A stretch of 32,000 bases of DNA from Edaphobacter aggregans (GCF_003945235.1 NZ_RSDW01000001.1:2790001-2822000), one strand, 5' to 3'. Shown: positions 1 to 10,817, counted from the first letter of the stretch. Notes: generated from the sequence alone by a model not told the origin. A program made the numbers and translations.

Positions 1-6
1 AAGGGA

Positions 7-36
7 CAGGGAACAAGCATCCGCGCCTGTTCCCTG
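7..36 (-). terminator. Candidate stem-loop downstream of osmC
   Basis: Inverted repeat cagggaaca (7-15) / tgttccctg (28-36) with a 12-nt loop, 24 nt past the osmC stop on the minus strand. There is no convincing U-tract and the window edge truncates the context. Confidence 0.25.
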
Positions 37-59
37 GTTCCTACTTCCTGTTCCCTGCT

Positions 60-485
60 TTACAGCAGCGTCGCATCCAGCGTAATCTCAGCCGCCTTCA
101 GCACCCGCGACACCGGACATCCGATCTCGGCATTGTGGGCCAGTTCATCGAACTTCGCCTTATCGAGATTCGGCACCTTCGCCTTGGTCGTCAGATGAAT
201 CTTCGTAATCGTCGGAGCCTCTCCGTGCAGATCGAGCGTCAACAGCGCCGTCGTCTCAATCGAGTCCGCCGTGAAGCCCGCCTGGGTGAACTGAGCGCTC
301 AGCGCCATCGTGAAGCAACCCGCATGAGCCGCCGCAATCAACTCCTCAGGGTTCGTTCCCACGCCATCGGCAAACCGCGAGCTGAAGCCATACTGCGTCT
401 CCTTCAACGTCCCGCTCTGCGTCGAAATCGTGCCCTTGCCTTCTTTCAAACTGCCATGCCACACTGCGCTAGCGCTGCGATCCAT
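60..485 (-). CDS. osmC: OsmC-family peroxiredoxin (organic hydroperoxide reductase), 141 aa
   Basis: Lies within ORF 60..572. Internal ATG at 485..483 is preceded by AAGGAG (498..493) at 7-nt spacing. The protein aligns end to end with E. coli OsmC as I remember it (W.G....GKGT.ST.SG, GTNPEELI.AAHA.CF.MALS, GCPVS.VL), and both conserved Cys contexts are present. Confidence 0.9.
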   Translation of the reverse strand: MDRSASAVWHGSLKEGKGTISTQSGTLKETQYGFSSRFADGVGTNPEELIAAAHAGCFTMALSAQFTQAGFTADSIETTALLTLDLHGEAPTITKIHLTTKAKVPNLDKAKFDELAHNAEIGCPVSRVLKAAEITLDATLL

Positions 486-591
486 CGTAGTTCTCCTTCG
501 TAATTTATCTACTATCAAACCGTACATCATTCGATGCATTCCAGCCCGCAACAGCAGTTGAAAAAATCGCAAACTGCGCTACGCTATCGAA

Positions 592-783
592 ATGCAGTCC
601 CGCTCCCCCGAAGCCGTCGCCGAACCCACACCAGCCCAACCCGCCGTCACCGAGTGCCCCATAACCTCCGGCGAGCACCACTCCGTCTTCTGCCCCACCT
701 GCTCCTCCCGCCTCCAGGACAGCCGCTGCAAACTCATCTGCAAAACCTGCGGCTACTTCCTCAGCTGCGCCGACTTTTACTAG
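592..783 (+). CDS. Small Cys-rich zinc-ribbon-like protein, 63 aa (hypothetical)
   Basis: ATG..TAG ORF. Third codon positions are almost uniformly C and first positions are G-rich, matching the local + strand coding signature. Two CxxC pairs (CPTC ... CKTC) plus three more Cys residues. No family recognised. Confidence 0.5.
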   Translation: MQSRSPEAVAEPTPAQPAVTECPITSGEHHSVFCPTCSSRLQDSRCKLICKTCGYFLSCADFY

Positions 784-863
784 AGCCAAACCCCCACCCA
801 TCCGCTACAATTCCGCACATCGCACACGGGTCTGAATTCACTCTCAGCAGTCGGAAAGGCGCC

Positions 864-1286
864 ATGCACCCCATCCGTCACAACCCCATCGCCATCCTCC
901 TCGCAACTCTCCTCTACTTCGTGCTCGGAGCCTTCTGGTTCACGGCCTTCCGCCAAGCCTGGCTCGACGGCATCGGCCGCACCATGCAGCAGCTCGCCGC
1001 CACCGGCAACAGCCCCTTCTTCATCTACGCCATCGCTCTGGTCGGAACCTTCATTCTGGCGCTCTTCCTCTCCTGGCTCATCCAGACCACCGGCCACCAG
1101 ACGACAAAGGGCGGAATCCTCATCGCCGTCGTCACCTGGATCGGCGTCGTTCTCCCAACCTGGTCAACCGAGTACGCCTTCGAAGCCCGCGGCCTAAGGA
1201 TCCTCGTCATCAACACCGGCTACATCCTCACGGGCACGATCATCATGGGAGCCGTCCTCGGCGGCTGGAAAAAGAAGAGTACCTAG
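864..1286 (+). CDS. DUF1761-like small integral membrane protein, 140 aa
   Basis: Internal ATG at 864 of ORF 534..1286. The upstream 110 codons are Pro/Arg/His-rich junk. From MHPIRHNPIAILLATLLYFVLGAFWF onward there are four hydrophobic helices typical of DUF1761, with strong in-frame C3 periodicity. Confidence 0.75.
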   Translation: MHPIRHNPIAILLATLLYFVLGAFWFTAFRQAWLDGIGRTMQQLAATGNSPFFIYAIALVGTFILALFLSWLIQTTGHQTTKGGILIAVVTWIGVVLPTWSTEYAFEARGLRILVINTGYILTGTIIMGAVLGGWKKKST

Positions 1287-1338
1287 GGAGTCTCTCGTTG
1301 CTCGCAGCTGCCCGATGCCGCCTTGCTAAAATCCCTCC

Positions 1339-1710
1339 ATGCCTACAAGCTTGATCGAACACGCTCTCCATCACGATTGGCTGGAGATAGAAGCAGAGGT
1401 ATGCGACTGCAGGTTCATCCGGGCAAAGATTGGTAGCCGCTCCAGCGTTGGCGAGGCTGCTCACTACGCAGTAGGTTTCAAATATGAAGTCAACGGGATC
1501 ACCTACCAGGGCGTCCTCAGCTCTCCCGTCGAAGTGCGGGCCCACGACAAGTTCTCTATCCGCTACAACCCCGAGTACCCCGAAGAAAACAACTCTCTCG
1601 CCTCCGAATGCGATAGAGGCTGGTTTAGGTATTACATCTACATCTTAGCCACCCTGGTCATCGGATTCGTTGTTTACGACATCGCTCGCAGCCTCGTCTT
1701 CAACCGCTGA
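1339..1710 (+). CDS. DUF3592-like protein with C-terminal TM helix, 123 aa
   Basis: Full ORF. Beta-rich core (YAVGFKYEVNGITYQGV...FSIRYNPEYPEENSL) followed by the TM helix YYIYILATLVIGFVVY. Family assignment is from memory of the DUF3592 pattern. Confidence 0.6.
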   Translation: MPTSLIEHALHHDWLEIEAEVCDCRFIRAKIGSRSSVGEAAHYAVGFKYEVNGITYQGVLSSPVEVRAHDKFSIRYNPEYPEENNSLASECDRGWFRYYIYILATLVIGFVVYDIARSLVFNR

Positions 1711-1733
1711 CCGCAGATAGTCGCGACTCGTCT

Positions 1734-2080
1734 CTAACCACCAGCAAGCCCCGCCAATATCTCCGCCGTCGACCGCACCCGAGCCACGCGCCGCAGCACC
1801 TTCTCCACCGAAAACTGGTGCACATCCGCGCCAAAGGTCGTGCAAGCGTCCTCCGCAATCACAACAGAATAGTTATGTTGCCAGGCATCCCGCGCCGTGG
1901 ACTCAACCCCTATGTGCGTCGCCACTCCAGCCAGCACAATGGTCTTGCTCCCGCGCCTGCGCAGCTGAAGATCCAGCTCCGTCCCATAAAACTATACGGA
2001 GCGAACGGCAAACCCAATATGCCCTTCTGCAAATCGATCAGCACCAGGGCACACGTACGAGGATCCAATGTAAGTGACAT
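1734..2080 (-). pseudogene. Isochorismatase/cysteine-hydrolase family gene with internal deletion and frameshift
   Basis: From ATG at 2080..2078 the translation reads MSLTLDPRTCALVLIDLQKGILGLPFAPYS, a typical family N-terminus with the catalytic Asp context. It then runs out of frame. In another frame, directly after a TAG at 1994..1992, it reads FYGTELDLQLRRRGSKTIVLAGVATHIGVESTARDAWQHNYSVVIAEDACTT... to the stop at 1734. About 70 aa expected between the two pieces are missing. The nucleophile position (GxATxxCVxST) reads Gly. Confidence 0.6.
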
Positions 2081-2082
2081 AT

Positions 2083-3765
2083 CTATCTCTGACTCGCCTT
2101 CCGCGCCGCTTCAAACTCGTCACCCGCATTCCACTCAATAATCTTCGGAGCTGTCAGAGCCTCCCAACCAAGCACCATGCCAAACTGATCGAGCTTCGCG
2201 TTCCCTCTGAAATCCCAGTCCTCGCGATAGTTGTCGCTGAAGTTGTGATAGTCATTTGCGACAAAGTGCTCCAGCTTCGCCCGTCCCCACGCGGCATCAT
2301 GGCCCTCAAACAACTCACCCGTATCCACCGAAAACGCCGGAATCCCCTCACGCGACAGACTGAAGTGGTCCGAACGATAAAAACTCCCCGCCTCCGGCCT
2401 CGGATCGGGAACGATCTCCAGTCCAAATCGTTTCGCCGTATCCTGCACCACCGGATAGAAGCTCATCCGCTGCGCCCCATTCAAATTCACCTGCTGCGGA
2501 ACCCCGATCGGCAGGATCATGTCGTAATTGATCCCCAGCGCAATCTGCCCCGCCGGCACTGGAGGATGCTGCCCAAGGTACTCGCTCCCCAGCAACCCTT
2601 GCTCCTCCGCCGTCACCGCTGCAAAGATCACCGTATGCGGTGGCTTCACACCCGGCTGCGTCCACGCCCGAGCCATCTCCACCAGCATCCCGCAGCCCGT
2701 AGCATTATCCGCCGCGCCATTGTAGATATTGTCCCCCGGCATCCCCGGCACAAACCCAAGATGATCGAAGTGCGCCGAATACAACACCGCCTGATCCTTC
2801 CCCTTCTCCGTTCCCGGCAAAATCCCAATCACATTCGGCGACTGGAAAGGCCGCACCACACTCTCCACCCGCGCATGCAGCCTCACCGGCAGTTCAACAG
2901 CCTTGAACCCACGCTTACCCGCAGCCGTCATCTCCGCGTCAACATCTTTTCCCACAGACGCAAACAGCTGCTTCGCCACATCCAACTGAATCCAACTGGC
3001 CGCCTGCAGCTGCGGATCCTTATCGTCCCGCAGATAAGTCTTCTCGCTAGTATTCGAATTCCGCACCACATCCCAGCCATAACTCGCCAGATCCGTGCGA
3101 TGAATAATCAGTGCGCCCACCGCGCCCATCCGAGCAGCCTGCTCAAACTTGTACGTCCACCGCCCGTAGTACGTCAGCGCCTTGCCGCCAAAAAACTTTG
3201 GATCATCCGAAGGCGGATCGCCCACAATGACCAGAACCACCTTGCCCTTCACATCGACGCCCGCATAGTCATCCCACCCAAACTCCGGAGCCGTTATCCC
3301 AAACCCGACAAACACAATCGGCGCATCCACCTCCACCACCGGCGTCAACGTGCGATTGCTCACCGTAAAGTCATCGCCATACTTCAAATCAATCGAGTAC
3401 AGCGCGATCGACATCTGGCCCTCAGGCCTCTTAGGCACCAGCGACATCGTAGTCTTTTCAGGAATCGCCTTCATCCCCACAAAGTTCACCTGCTGCATAT
3501 AGGTCCCGTTATCCCCACCTGGCTTCAACCCATACAGCGCAAACTGAGTCGCAATATACTTCGCCGCCAGCTCGCTTCCACGCAACCCCGGCCCGCGACC
3601 CTCCAGCAGATCGTCCGCCAGAAACCTCACATGCGCCCGAATCTTCTCCCCATCAATCGAAGCCTCCGCCGCCTTCACCGCTGGAGGAAGTTCCTGCGCC
3701 ACCAACCCACACGCAGCAGAGATCAACGAAGCCACAGCAGCCGCAGCAAAAAAATTCGTACGCAA
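2083..3765 (-). CDS. Secreted M28-family metallopeptidase with PA (protease-associated) domain, about 560 aa
   Basis: ORF 2083..3846. Motifs HFDHLG, DNATGCGMLVEMAR and AEEQGLLGS match the M28 zinc ligands. Preferred start is TTG at 3765..3763, with GAGGAG (3778..3773) 7 nt upstream, giving the signal peptide M-RTNFFAAAAVASLISAACGLVAQ. An alternative ATG lies at 3798. Confidence 0.85.
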   Translation of the reverse strand: MRTNFFAAAAVASLISAACGLVAQELPPAVKAAEASIDGEKIRAHVRFLADDLLEGRGPGLRGSELAAKYIATQFALYGLKPGGDNGTYMQQVNFVGMKAIPEKTTMSLVPKRPEGQMSIALYSIDLKYGDDFTVSNRTLTPVVEVDAPIVFVGFGITAPEFGWDDYAGVDVKGKVVLVIVGDPPSDDPKFFGGKALTYYGRWTYKFEQAARMGAVGALIIHRTDLASYGWDVVRNSNTSEKTYLRDDKDPQLQAASWIQLDVAKQLFASVGKDVDAEMTAAGKRGFKAVELPVRLHARVESVVRPFQSPNVIGILPGTEKGKDQAVLYSAHFDHLGFVPGMPGDNIYNGAADNATGCGMLVEMARAWTQPGVKPPHTVIFAAVTAEEQGLLGSEYLGQHPPVPAGQIALGINYDMILPIGVPQQVNLNGAQRMSFYPVVQDTAKRFGLEIVPDPRPEAGSFYRSDHFSLSREGIPAFSVDTGELFEGHDAAWGRAKLEHFVANDYHNFSDNYREDWDFRGNAKLDQFGMVLGWEALTAPKIIEWNAGDEFEAARKASQR

Positions 3766-3955
3766 TTCAATTCTCCTCAAAACACAATCCACGACCATCC
3801 AGTCTAGTCCCACAAAGAGGTAACGGTGAAAGGCGGATAAGAACAAAACAAATCGATAGAAACAAAGAGGGGTTACTGAACCAGACCACTCTGACTCGAA
3901 GTTTTGTCCTTTTTATCCTGTTTTTTCCTTTTGATCACCGTCACGCCGTCGTATT

Positions 3956-4918
3956 TTACGGCTGAAACACCAGCCGCACTGCCTCCCCCTTGGTCGCCCA
4001 CAGCGCCTCAACATCTTTCAGCGGAACCGTCTTCACCTCATTCACAAACGGCTTCGTCGCAGCCTCCTTGAACATCTCCCCAATCGCCGCAAAGAGCTGC
4101 GCCAGCGAAGCACTTCCAAACCCACTCCCCAGAAGCTCCAGACCCGAACTCCGCAACGTTGCACCATCCAACGAGATCGTCGGCCCCGCGCTCGACCCGA
4201 TCTGCACGAACCGTATCCGCGGCGCCGACTTTGATAGTCCCTTCTGCGCAATCGCCGCCAGCACAGCCTCCGCCGGTGCACCCCAAAGATAGTCCAGCAC
4301 CACATCGACTCCATCGCCGACAATCTCACGCCGAAACGCAGCCACCAGCGCATCGCGTTCCTGCTCCAGCGAGATCACCTCATCCGCACCCAACTCCTTC
4401 GCCTTCTCCAAAGCCTCAGGATTCCGCCCAGCCGCCACCACCCGCCGAGCCCCCATCCGCTTCGCAATCTGTACTGCAAGCCGTCCCGCCGAACCCGTCG
4501 CGCCCAGAATCAGCACGCTCTCTCCGGCCACAAACTTCGCCCGAAACGTCAGCGCCGCCCACGATGACATCCCCGGATTCGCCAGTCCCGCCGCCGCCTC
4601 ATCCGCCAACCCATCCGGCAGTTCGATATACATCGCTGCTCCCGTCACCGTCCTCTCCGCGAACGACCCAAACGGAGGCCGCGAAATCCCGAAATAAACC
4701 CGCCGCCCATCCTGCAAACGCCCCACGCCATCCACGCCGGGCACAAACGGAAGCACGCCGGTGCTGCCATAGTGCGTCCCACTCGCCAGCCCCTTCACAA
4801 TCGGATGCAGCCCCGAGGCTGTCACCGTCACCAGCACTTCTCCCTCGCCGGCAACGGGCTCTTCAAACGTCGTGTAACTCGGCGGAACACCATAAGAGCG
4901 AACAACAGCAGCGTTCAT
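3956..4918 (-). CDS. MDR-superfamily quinone oxidoreductase / zinc-type alcohol dehydrogenase-like protein, 320 aa
   Basis: ORF 3956..4942. ATG at 4918 is preceded by GAGGAGG. GroES-like N-terminal domain plus Rossmann motif LILGATGSAGRLAVQIAK. Confidence 0.85.
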   Translation of the reverse strand: MNAAVVRSYGVPPSYTTFEEPVAGEGEVLVTVTASGLHPIVKGLASGTHYGSTGVLPFVPGVDGVGRLQDGRRVYFGISRPPFGSFAERTVTGAAMYIELPDGLADEAAAGLANPGMSSWAALTFRAKFVAGESVLILGATGSAGRLAVQIAKRMGARRVVAAGRNPEALEKAKELGADEVISLEQERDALVAAFRREIVGDGVDVVLDYLWGAPAEAVLAAIAQKGLSKSAPRIRFVQIGSSAGPTISLDGATLRSSGLELLGSGFGSASLAQLFAAIGEMFKEAATKPFVNEVKTVPLKDVEALWATKGEAVRLVFQP

Positions 4919-5019
4919 TCCTGTACCTCCTCGTATCTTCAAATTCGAAATCTAACACGGTATCGTTACAGCATTAGCCCCATGGCATCACACTATCCCG
5001 GTGATAGTCTGAGAAATAG

Positions 5020-5334
5020 ATGCCCCTTAGAATCGCAGCAATCCGTTCCGGCTCCGACCCACTCCGCAAGCTCAAAGGCTCGTCCTTCCCACGAGCCCTC
5101 GAAGCCCAACTCATCTGCCCCAAGTGCGACGCCACCTATAACCTCATCGTCGACTACGACCAATCCGTCGACCGCTGGTTCCCTAACGAATCCCGCCCAC
5201 TCATCAAGCTCCTCGCCAAAGCCATCTTCATGGGACACACCACCGACCACCGCGTCACCCACTTCGAAACCGAGGGCGTCATTGTCGAGAGCATCATCCT
5301 TCCCCAACCCGTGACAACACAAACGCCGCAATAA
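5020..5334 (+). CDS. Hypothetical protein, 104 aa
   Basis: Full ORF with clear in-frame C/A-ending codon periodicity. One CPKC pair. No family recognised and no obvious SD. Confidence 0.5.
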   Translation: MPLRIAAIRSGSDPLRKLKGSSFPRALEAQLICPKCDATYNLIVDYDQSVDRWFPNESRPLIKLLAKAIFMGHTTDHRVTHFETEGVIVESIILPQPVTTQTPQ

Positions 5335-5336
5335 CT

Positions 5337-6925
<1,589 letters not shown>

Positions 6926-6936
6926 CACCCTGGATC

Positions 6937-8088
6937 TTACGTCTCCGGTAGACGAACCGGCCTCACCTCCATCACATCCAGCCGCTGCAACACCTTCCTC
7001 GCAAGCCCCGTCAGCGGCACCATCCCCAACCGATTCGTCCGCACCCACTCCAGATCGTCTTTCGCCGCCGGAACCGCCCGCCGCAACCCTCGATCCTGAG
7101 GCCCACTCGCGGCAAACACCTGCACGTAGTAGTTCGTATTTGTAATCGCATGTCGCACCCGCAGCAGCGGCTCTCGTCCTTGAATCGCATCCTGAGGCAG
7201 CGGAGGCAGCTCATACATCCCCGCCATTAGGCTCGCGTCGTCCGCCCTCCGCTCCAGCAGCACCTCCGTCACCGTGCCGCGCTTCCGCAAACTCAGCAGA
7301 TACGCCGCCGGCCTGCTCTTCTGCACCGCACGCGGCGGCGTCACATGCTCCCCTCGAGTCCTGCACATCGAATACACCGGACAATGCAGACACAGCGGAG
7401 CACGCGGCAGACAGATCGTCGCCCCCAGCTCCATCATCGCCTGGTTATGGTCCCCCGCCGCATTGCCCCGCTCATCCACCTTCTTCCTCGGAACCAGCGC
7501 CGCGGCCTGCGTCTGCACAAATGCCCGCCCCGCCGCCGTCGCCATCTCAGCCCTGCCCGTCAACCGCAGCAGAACCCGTTCCACATTCCCATCCACCACG
7601 GCAATACTCTCGCCAAATGCAATGCTCGCAATCGCCGCACTCGTATACTCACCAATCCCCGGCAGCGTCCTCAATTCAGCAGCCGTTCCCGGCAGCACTC
7701 CACCCCGCTCCCTCACGATGAACTGCGCCGCCTTGTGCAGCATCCGAGCCCGCCTGTAGTACCCCAGTCCAGACCACACCGCCAGCACCTCTGCCTCGCT
7801 CGCCAGCGCCAGCGCGACAATCGTCGGAAACCGCCGTAAAAAGTTCTCGTAGTGTTCGATCACCGCAGCCACCCGCGTCTGCTGCAGCATCACCTCCGAC
7901 ACCCACGTCCGGTAAGGATCGCTGATCCCGCGCCACGGCAACTCCCTAGCATGGCTCCTGTACCAGTTCATCAGCTTGCGTCGAAACCCTACCGCCTCCA
8001 GGCCTCTATCTTTAAAATCCGCATCCACCGGGACCACCGGCAGTTCCTCAAAGTCGTTCAAGCGTTCCGCTCTTGCATGTGCACGCAT
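6937..8088 (-). CDS. mutY: A/G-specific adenine DNA glycosylase, 383 aa
   Basis: HhH-GPD core (WVSEVMLQQTRV, LPGIGEYTSAAIASIAF). Fe-S cluster loop C-x6-C-x2-C-x5-C (CLPRAPLCLHCPVYSMC). C-terminal NUDIX-like domain. Confidence 0.92.
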   Translation of the reverse strand: MRAHARAERLNDFEELPVVPVDADFKDRGLEAVGFRRKLMNWYRSHARELPWRGISDPYRTWVSEVMLQQTRVAAVIEHYENFLRRFPTIVALALASEAEVLAVWSGLGYYRRARMLHKAAQFIVRERGGVLPGTAAELRTLPGIGEYTSAAIASIAFGESIAVVDGNVERVLLRLTGRAEMATAAGRAFVQTQAAALVPRKKVDERGNAAGDHNQAMMELGATICLPRAPLCLHCPVYSMCRTRGEHVTPPRAVQKSRPAAYLLSLRKRGTVTEVLLERRADDASLMAGMYELPPLPQDAIQGREPLLRVRHAITNTNYYVQVFAASGPQDRGLRRAVPAAKDDLEWVRTNRLGMVPLTGLARKVLQRLDVMEVRPVRLPET

Positions 8089-8148
8089 GGCTGTCAGTCT
8101 ACCTGCCCACCTGCCTATTCATGACGAACGATCTACACTAATCCTCAC

Positions 8149-9528
8149 ATGCCAACCCGCCTGCCCCAGCGAACGCGCTTACTCCCAAGGAGAGACTTCC
8201 TCCAGCTCTCCGCGCTCGCCGCTGGAGCCACTCTCCTGCCCGCACAAACCCGGACCGCAGCGCCTGCTAAATCTCCACGCCTCCCCATAAACGACCCCGT
8301 TCGGCAGCGCACATGGGACGCCGCCCTCTCCACACTCGCCGGCAACATCCACATCGTCCCCGGTTACGACCGCCCGGTCCTCTTCGAAGGCAGCGTCTAC
8401 CCCGGCATCTGGCAGGAGTGCGGCCCCCACGAAGGCCTCGTCTACGGAACCCTAAGCCCGCACATCCCCCAAAACGACGGCGTCCCCACCCCACTCGAGA
8501 TCGCCCGCAACAACCACATGGCCTTCTTCGCCCTCCAACGCCCCATCGGTCATGAATCCGCCGGCCAGATCCCCGCCTCCATCAAGATGACCGAGGTAGG
8601 TTTCGGCCAGATCCAGATGGTCGTCCCCATCGCCGCCACCGCTTGGGAGCTCTTCCAGCTCACCGACGACGACGAGCTCCTCGTCACCGCCTACAACGCC
8701 TGCAGCCGCTGGGACGCCTGGCTCCGTCAATACCGCGACACCCGCAACACCGGCCTCGTCGAAGGCTTCTGCGCCTACGACACCGGCCACGACAACTCCC
8801 CCCGCTGGGCTGGAATCCCCAACCGCTGCCCCGACAGTGACGCCCGCAAAGTCCCGCCCATCCCCTCCATGCCGCGCCTCTGCCCCGACCTCTCCGCCAC
8901 CGTCTACGGAGCCCGCGTCGCCCTCGCCCAAATGGCCACTGCGCTCGGCAAAGGGGACGAAGCCAGCCGCTGGCACGAGGACGCCGAAAAGATCCGCCAG
9001 CTCATCATCACAAAGCTCTACAGCCCCGAGGACGCCGCCTTCTACGACCTAGACGCCCAGAACAAATTCGTCCGCGTCCGCTCCGACGTCATCTCCCGCG
9101 TCCTCGGCGAGCACGTCCTCAAGCGCTCCGAGCCCCACGACAAAGCCATCTTCGAATCCATCTGGTCTCGTCAGATCCACAACGCCAAAGCCTTCTGGGC
9201 GCCCTACCCTTTAACCTCCATCGCCATGGACGACCCAACCTTCAACCGCCCTACCCCGCCCACCCCCTGGCCCCGCAACGTCTGGGCCGGCCCCTCGCAA
9301 GCCCTCACCGCGCTCCGAGCCCCCCGCTGGATGCTCTACTACGGCAAGCAAACCGAACTCAATCACCTCATGCGCCAGTGGTGCGAAGCCATCATGCGCC
9401 ACACCGAGTTCCGCCAGCAGATGGATCCCATCACCGGAGACTTCACCCAGGCCGACCCCAGCGGCTACTCTCCCGCCGCCCTCGTCTTCCTCGACTTCAC
9501 CCGCCGCCTGAGCCAATCAACGCAATAG
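8149..9528 (+). CDS. Tat-exported (alpha/alpha)6-barrel glycoside hydrolase-like protein (GH63/GH37/MGH1-like), 459 aa
   Basis: Twin-arginine signal LPRRDFLQLSALAAGATLL. YDTGHDNSPRW resembles the (D/E)SGxDNSPR motif of GH63/trehalase-like enzymes. The family-level call comes from motif memory only. Confidence 0.6.
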   Translation: MPTRLPQRTRLLPRRDFLQLSALAAGATLLPAQTRTAAPAKSPRLPINDPVRQRTWDAALSTLAGNIHIVPGYDRPVLFEGSVYPGIWQECGPHEGLVYGTLSPHIPQNDGVPTPLEIARNNHMAFFALQRPIGHESAGQIPASIKMTEVGFGQIQMVVPIAATAWELFQLTDDDELLVTAYNACSRWDAWLRQYRDTRNTGLVEGFCAYDTGHDNSPRWAGIPNRCPDSDARKVPPIPSMPRLCPDLSATVYGARVALAQMATALGKGDEASRWHEDAEKIRQLIITKLYSPEDAAFYDLDAQNKFVRVRSDVISRVLGEHVLKRSEPHDKAIFESIWSRQIHNAKAFWAPYPLTSIAMDDPTFNRPTPPTPWPRNVWAGPSQALTALRAPRWMLYYGKQTELNHLMRQWCEAIMRHTEFRQQMDPITGDFTQADPSGYSPAALVFLDFTRRLSQSTQ

Positions 9529-9792
9529 TCGGCGTAATAGAGAAGAAGGGTGGCGGAGTATCAATCAGGTTTGCGTTATTCTGCGTCACCTGTGCTCCAC
9601 CACCCTCACGAAAAACTACCTCGTTTTTCAAACATCGTGCTCCACGAACGTCGGCTTTGTCCAGCCGTTGCAGGACCAAAATATATCTTGTTGAAAATAC
9701 TTGATTACAGGACACGACAAGCCCATACTTCAGGCTCACTCCCCAGAACATAATTCGCCCGCGCCAATCTCGTCGAACGAAAGGGCAACTCA

Positions 9793-10122
9793 ATGGCTCA
9801 ATATCTGGTGCAGGTCGCATATACCTCCGAGGCTATCGCCACCCTCGTCAACAATCCGCACGACCGCATCGTCGTGGTCTCCAAAGTAGTCAAGAAGCTG
9901 GGAGGAAAGGTAGTCAACGGCTGGCTCTCGTTCGGAGAGTACGACACAGCCGTCATCGTGCACCTGCCTGACAACGTAGCCGCTGCTGCGTTTTCCATGG
10001 CCCTCGGAGCCGGCGGCGCCGCTAAGAACGTCAAGACCACCCCGCTGCTCTCCGTCGAAGAGGGCATCTCCGCAATGAAAGCCGCCGCGACCACCGGCTA
10101 TAAACCGCCAGCCTCCGCCTAA
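9793..10122 (+). CDS. GYD-domain protein, 109 aa
   Basis: MAQYLVQVAYT...GGKVVNGWLSFGEYDTAVIVHLPDN matches the GYD family pattern (G-x-YD followed by hydrophobic residues and PD). Confidence 0.8.
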   Translation: MAQYLVQVAYTSEAIATLVNNPHDRIVVVSKVVKKLGGKVVNGWLSFGEYDTAVIVHLPDNVAAAAFSMALGAGGAAKNVKTTPLLSVEEGISAMKAAATTGYKPPASA

Positions 10123-10254
10123 GAACAGCCTTCACGGACAACAACTGATCGCACGGAAGTTCGACGACTTCACCCGAGGCCCCGCAGAAACAGGCCGCGG
10201 GGATACCCGTTAGACTTGCCAAAATTCCCAGGTCCAGCAAGTAAGGAGACCACT

Positions 10255-10809
10255 GTGAAACGCCGCAACTTCCTCAAGTCTGCCGCCTCAACCTTTCCTC
10301 TCGCCCTCACCCAACCCTTCGCCCTCGCCGTCGCCTCCAACGACATCCCCTTGAAAGAAGCGCACGTCGTCCCCGCCGGACAAGACATCTTCGGCGAGAA
10401 CCGCACCCTCGGCTTCAGCCGCATCTCCTTCAAGACCTCCACCCATGACACCGGCGGCGACCTCCTCGTCGTCGAGCACAACAACCTCCTCCCCGGCGGC
10501 CCGCCCCTGCACCTCCACCTCGCGCAGGACGAGTGGTTCTACATCATGGAAGGCGAGGTCCTCTTCCAGGTCGGCGACAAGCGTCTGAAGCTCAAACCAG
10601 GCGACTCCGTACTCGCGCCACGCAAAATCCCCCACACCTTCACCGGAGCAGGAACCACACCCGCAAAGATGCTCATCGCCTTCACCCCCGCAGGCAAAAT
10701 GGAACAGTTCTTCCGCGACACCGCCCACGGCAAAGCCGATCTCATGGACGCAGCCCTCTTCCGCAAGTACGACATGGAACTCGTAGGCCCCCCGCTGAAA
10801 CTCACCTAG
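10255..10809 (+). CDS. Tat-exported cupin-domain protein, 184 aa
   Basis: ORF 10216..10809. Preferred start is GTG at 10255 with AAGGAG (10242-10247) 7 nt upstream, giving the twin-arginine signal VKRRNFLKSAAS. Cupin motifs GPPLHLHxxQDEWFYIMEG and PGDSVLAPRKIPHTF are present. Confidence 0.8.
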   Translation: MKRRNFLKSAASTFPLALTQPFALAVASNDIPLKEAHVVPAGQDIFGENRTLGFSRISFKTSTHDTGGDLLVVEHNNLLPGGPPLHLHLAQDEWFYIMEGEVLFQVGDKRLKLKPGDSVLAPRKIPHTFTGAGTTPAKMLIAFTPAGKMEQFFRDTAHGKADLMDAALFRKYDMELVGPPLKLT

Positions 10810-10817
10810 CAAACAGG

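Noticed and set aside
7-57. 11-mer cctgttccctg twice (26-36, 47-57) plus an inverted near-copy (7-17) at the window edge, possibly a REP-like element.
   Set aside because: It is truncated by the window edge and no further copies occur in the 32 kb. It is partly accounted for as the osmC-distal hairpin.
534-863. N-terminal extensions of track ORFs: 534-863 (DUF1761 gene), 3766-3846 (M28), 6858-6887 (GH1), 22827-22994 (M28 no. 2) and 26240-26482 (thpR).
   Set aside because: The extensions are compositional junk or overlap the neighbouring gene or promoter. Internal starts give proper signal peptides or family N-termini, several with good SD sequences.
2074-3807. Very long + strand ORFs antisense to real genes: 2074-3807, 4159-4977, 5490-6719, 11577-12716, 13651-15141, 27787-28854 and 29429-30634.
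   Set aside because: Their translations are low-complexity Pro/Arg/His/Gln-rich with no motifs, while the opposite or other-frame ORF has clear family signatures. The G/T-poor + strand simply lacks stop codons.
4992-5008. Inverted repeat actatc-N5-gatagt in the divergent spacer between the oxidoreductase gene and ORF 5020.
   Set aside because: There are only 6 bp per arm and no adjacent regulator gene. This is within chance expectation for a 32-kb window.
9497-9820. Track ORFs inside the 265-bp spacer 9529-9792 (9497-9820 minus, 9550-9753 plus). Also an imperfect long-loop hairpin gggtggcggag...ctccaccaccc and an AT-rich stem gaaaaac/gtttttc.
   Set aside because: The ORFs lack codon periodicity and motifs. 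The hairpins have a 36-nt loop with a mismatch, or only a 7-bp A/T stem. No riboswitch-like conserved core was recognised.
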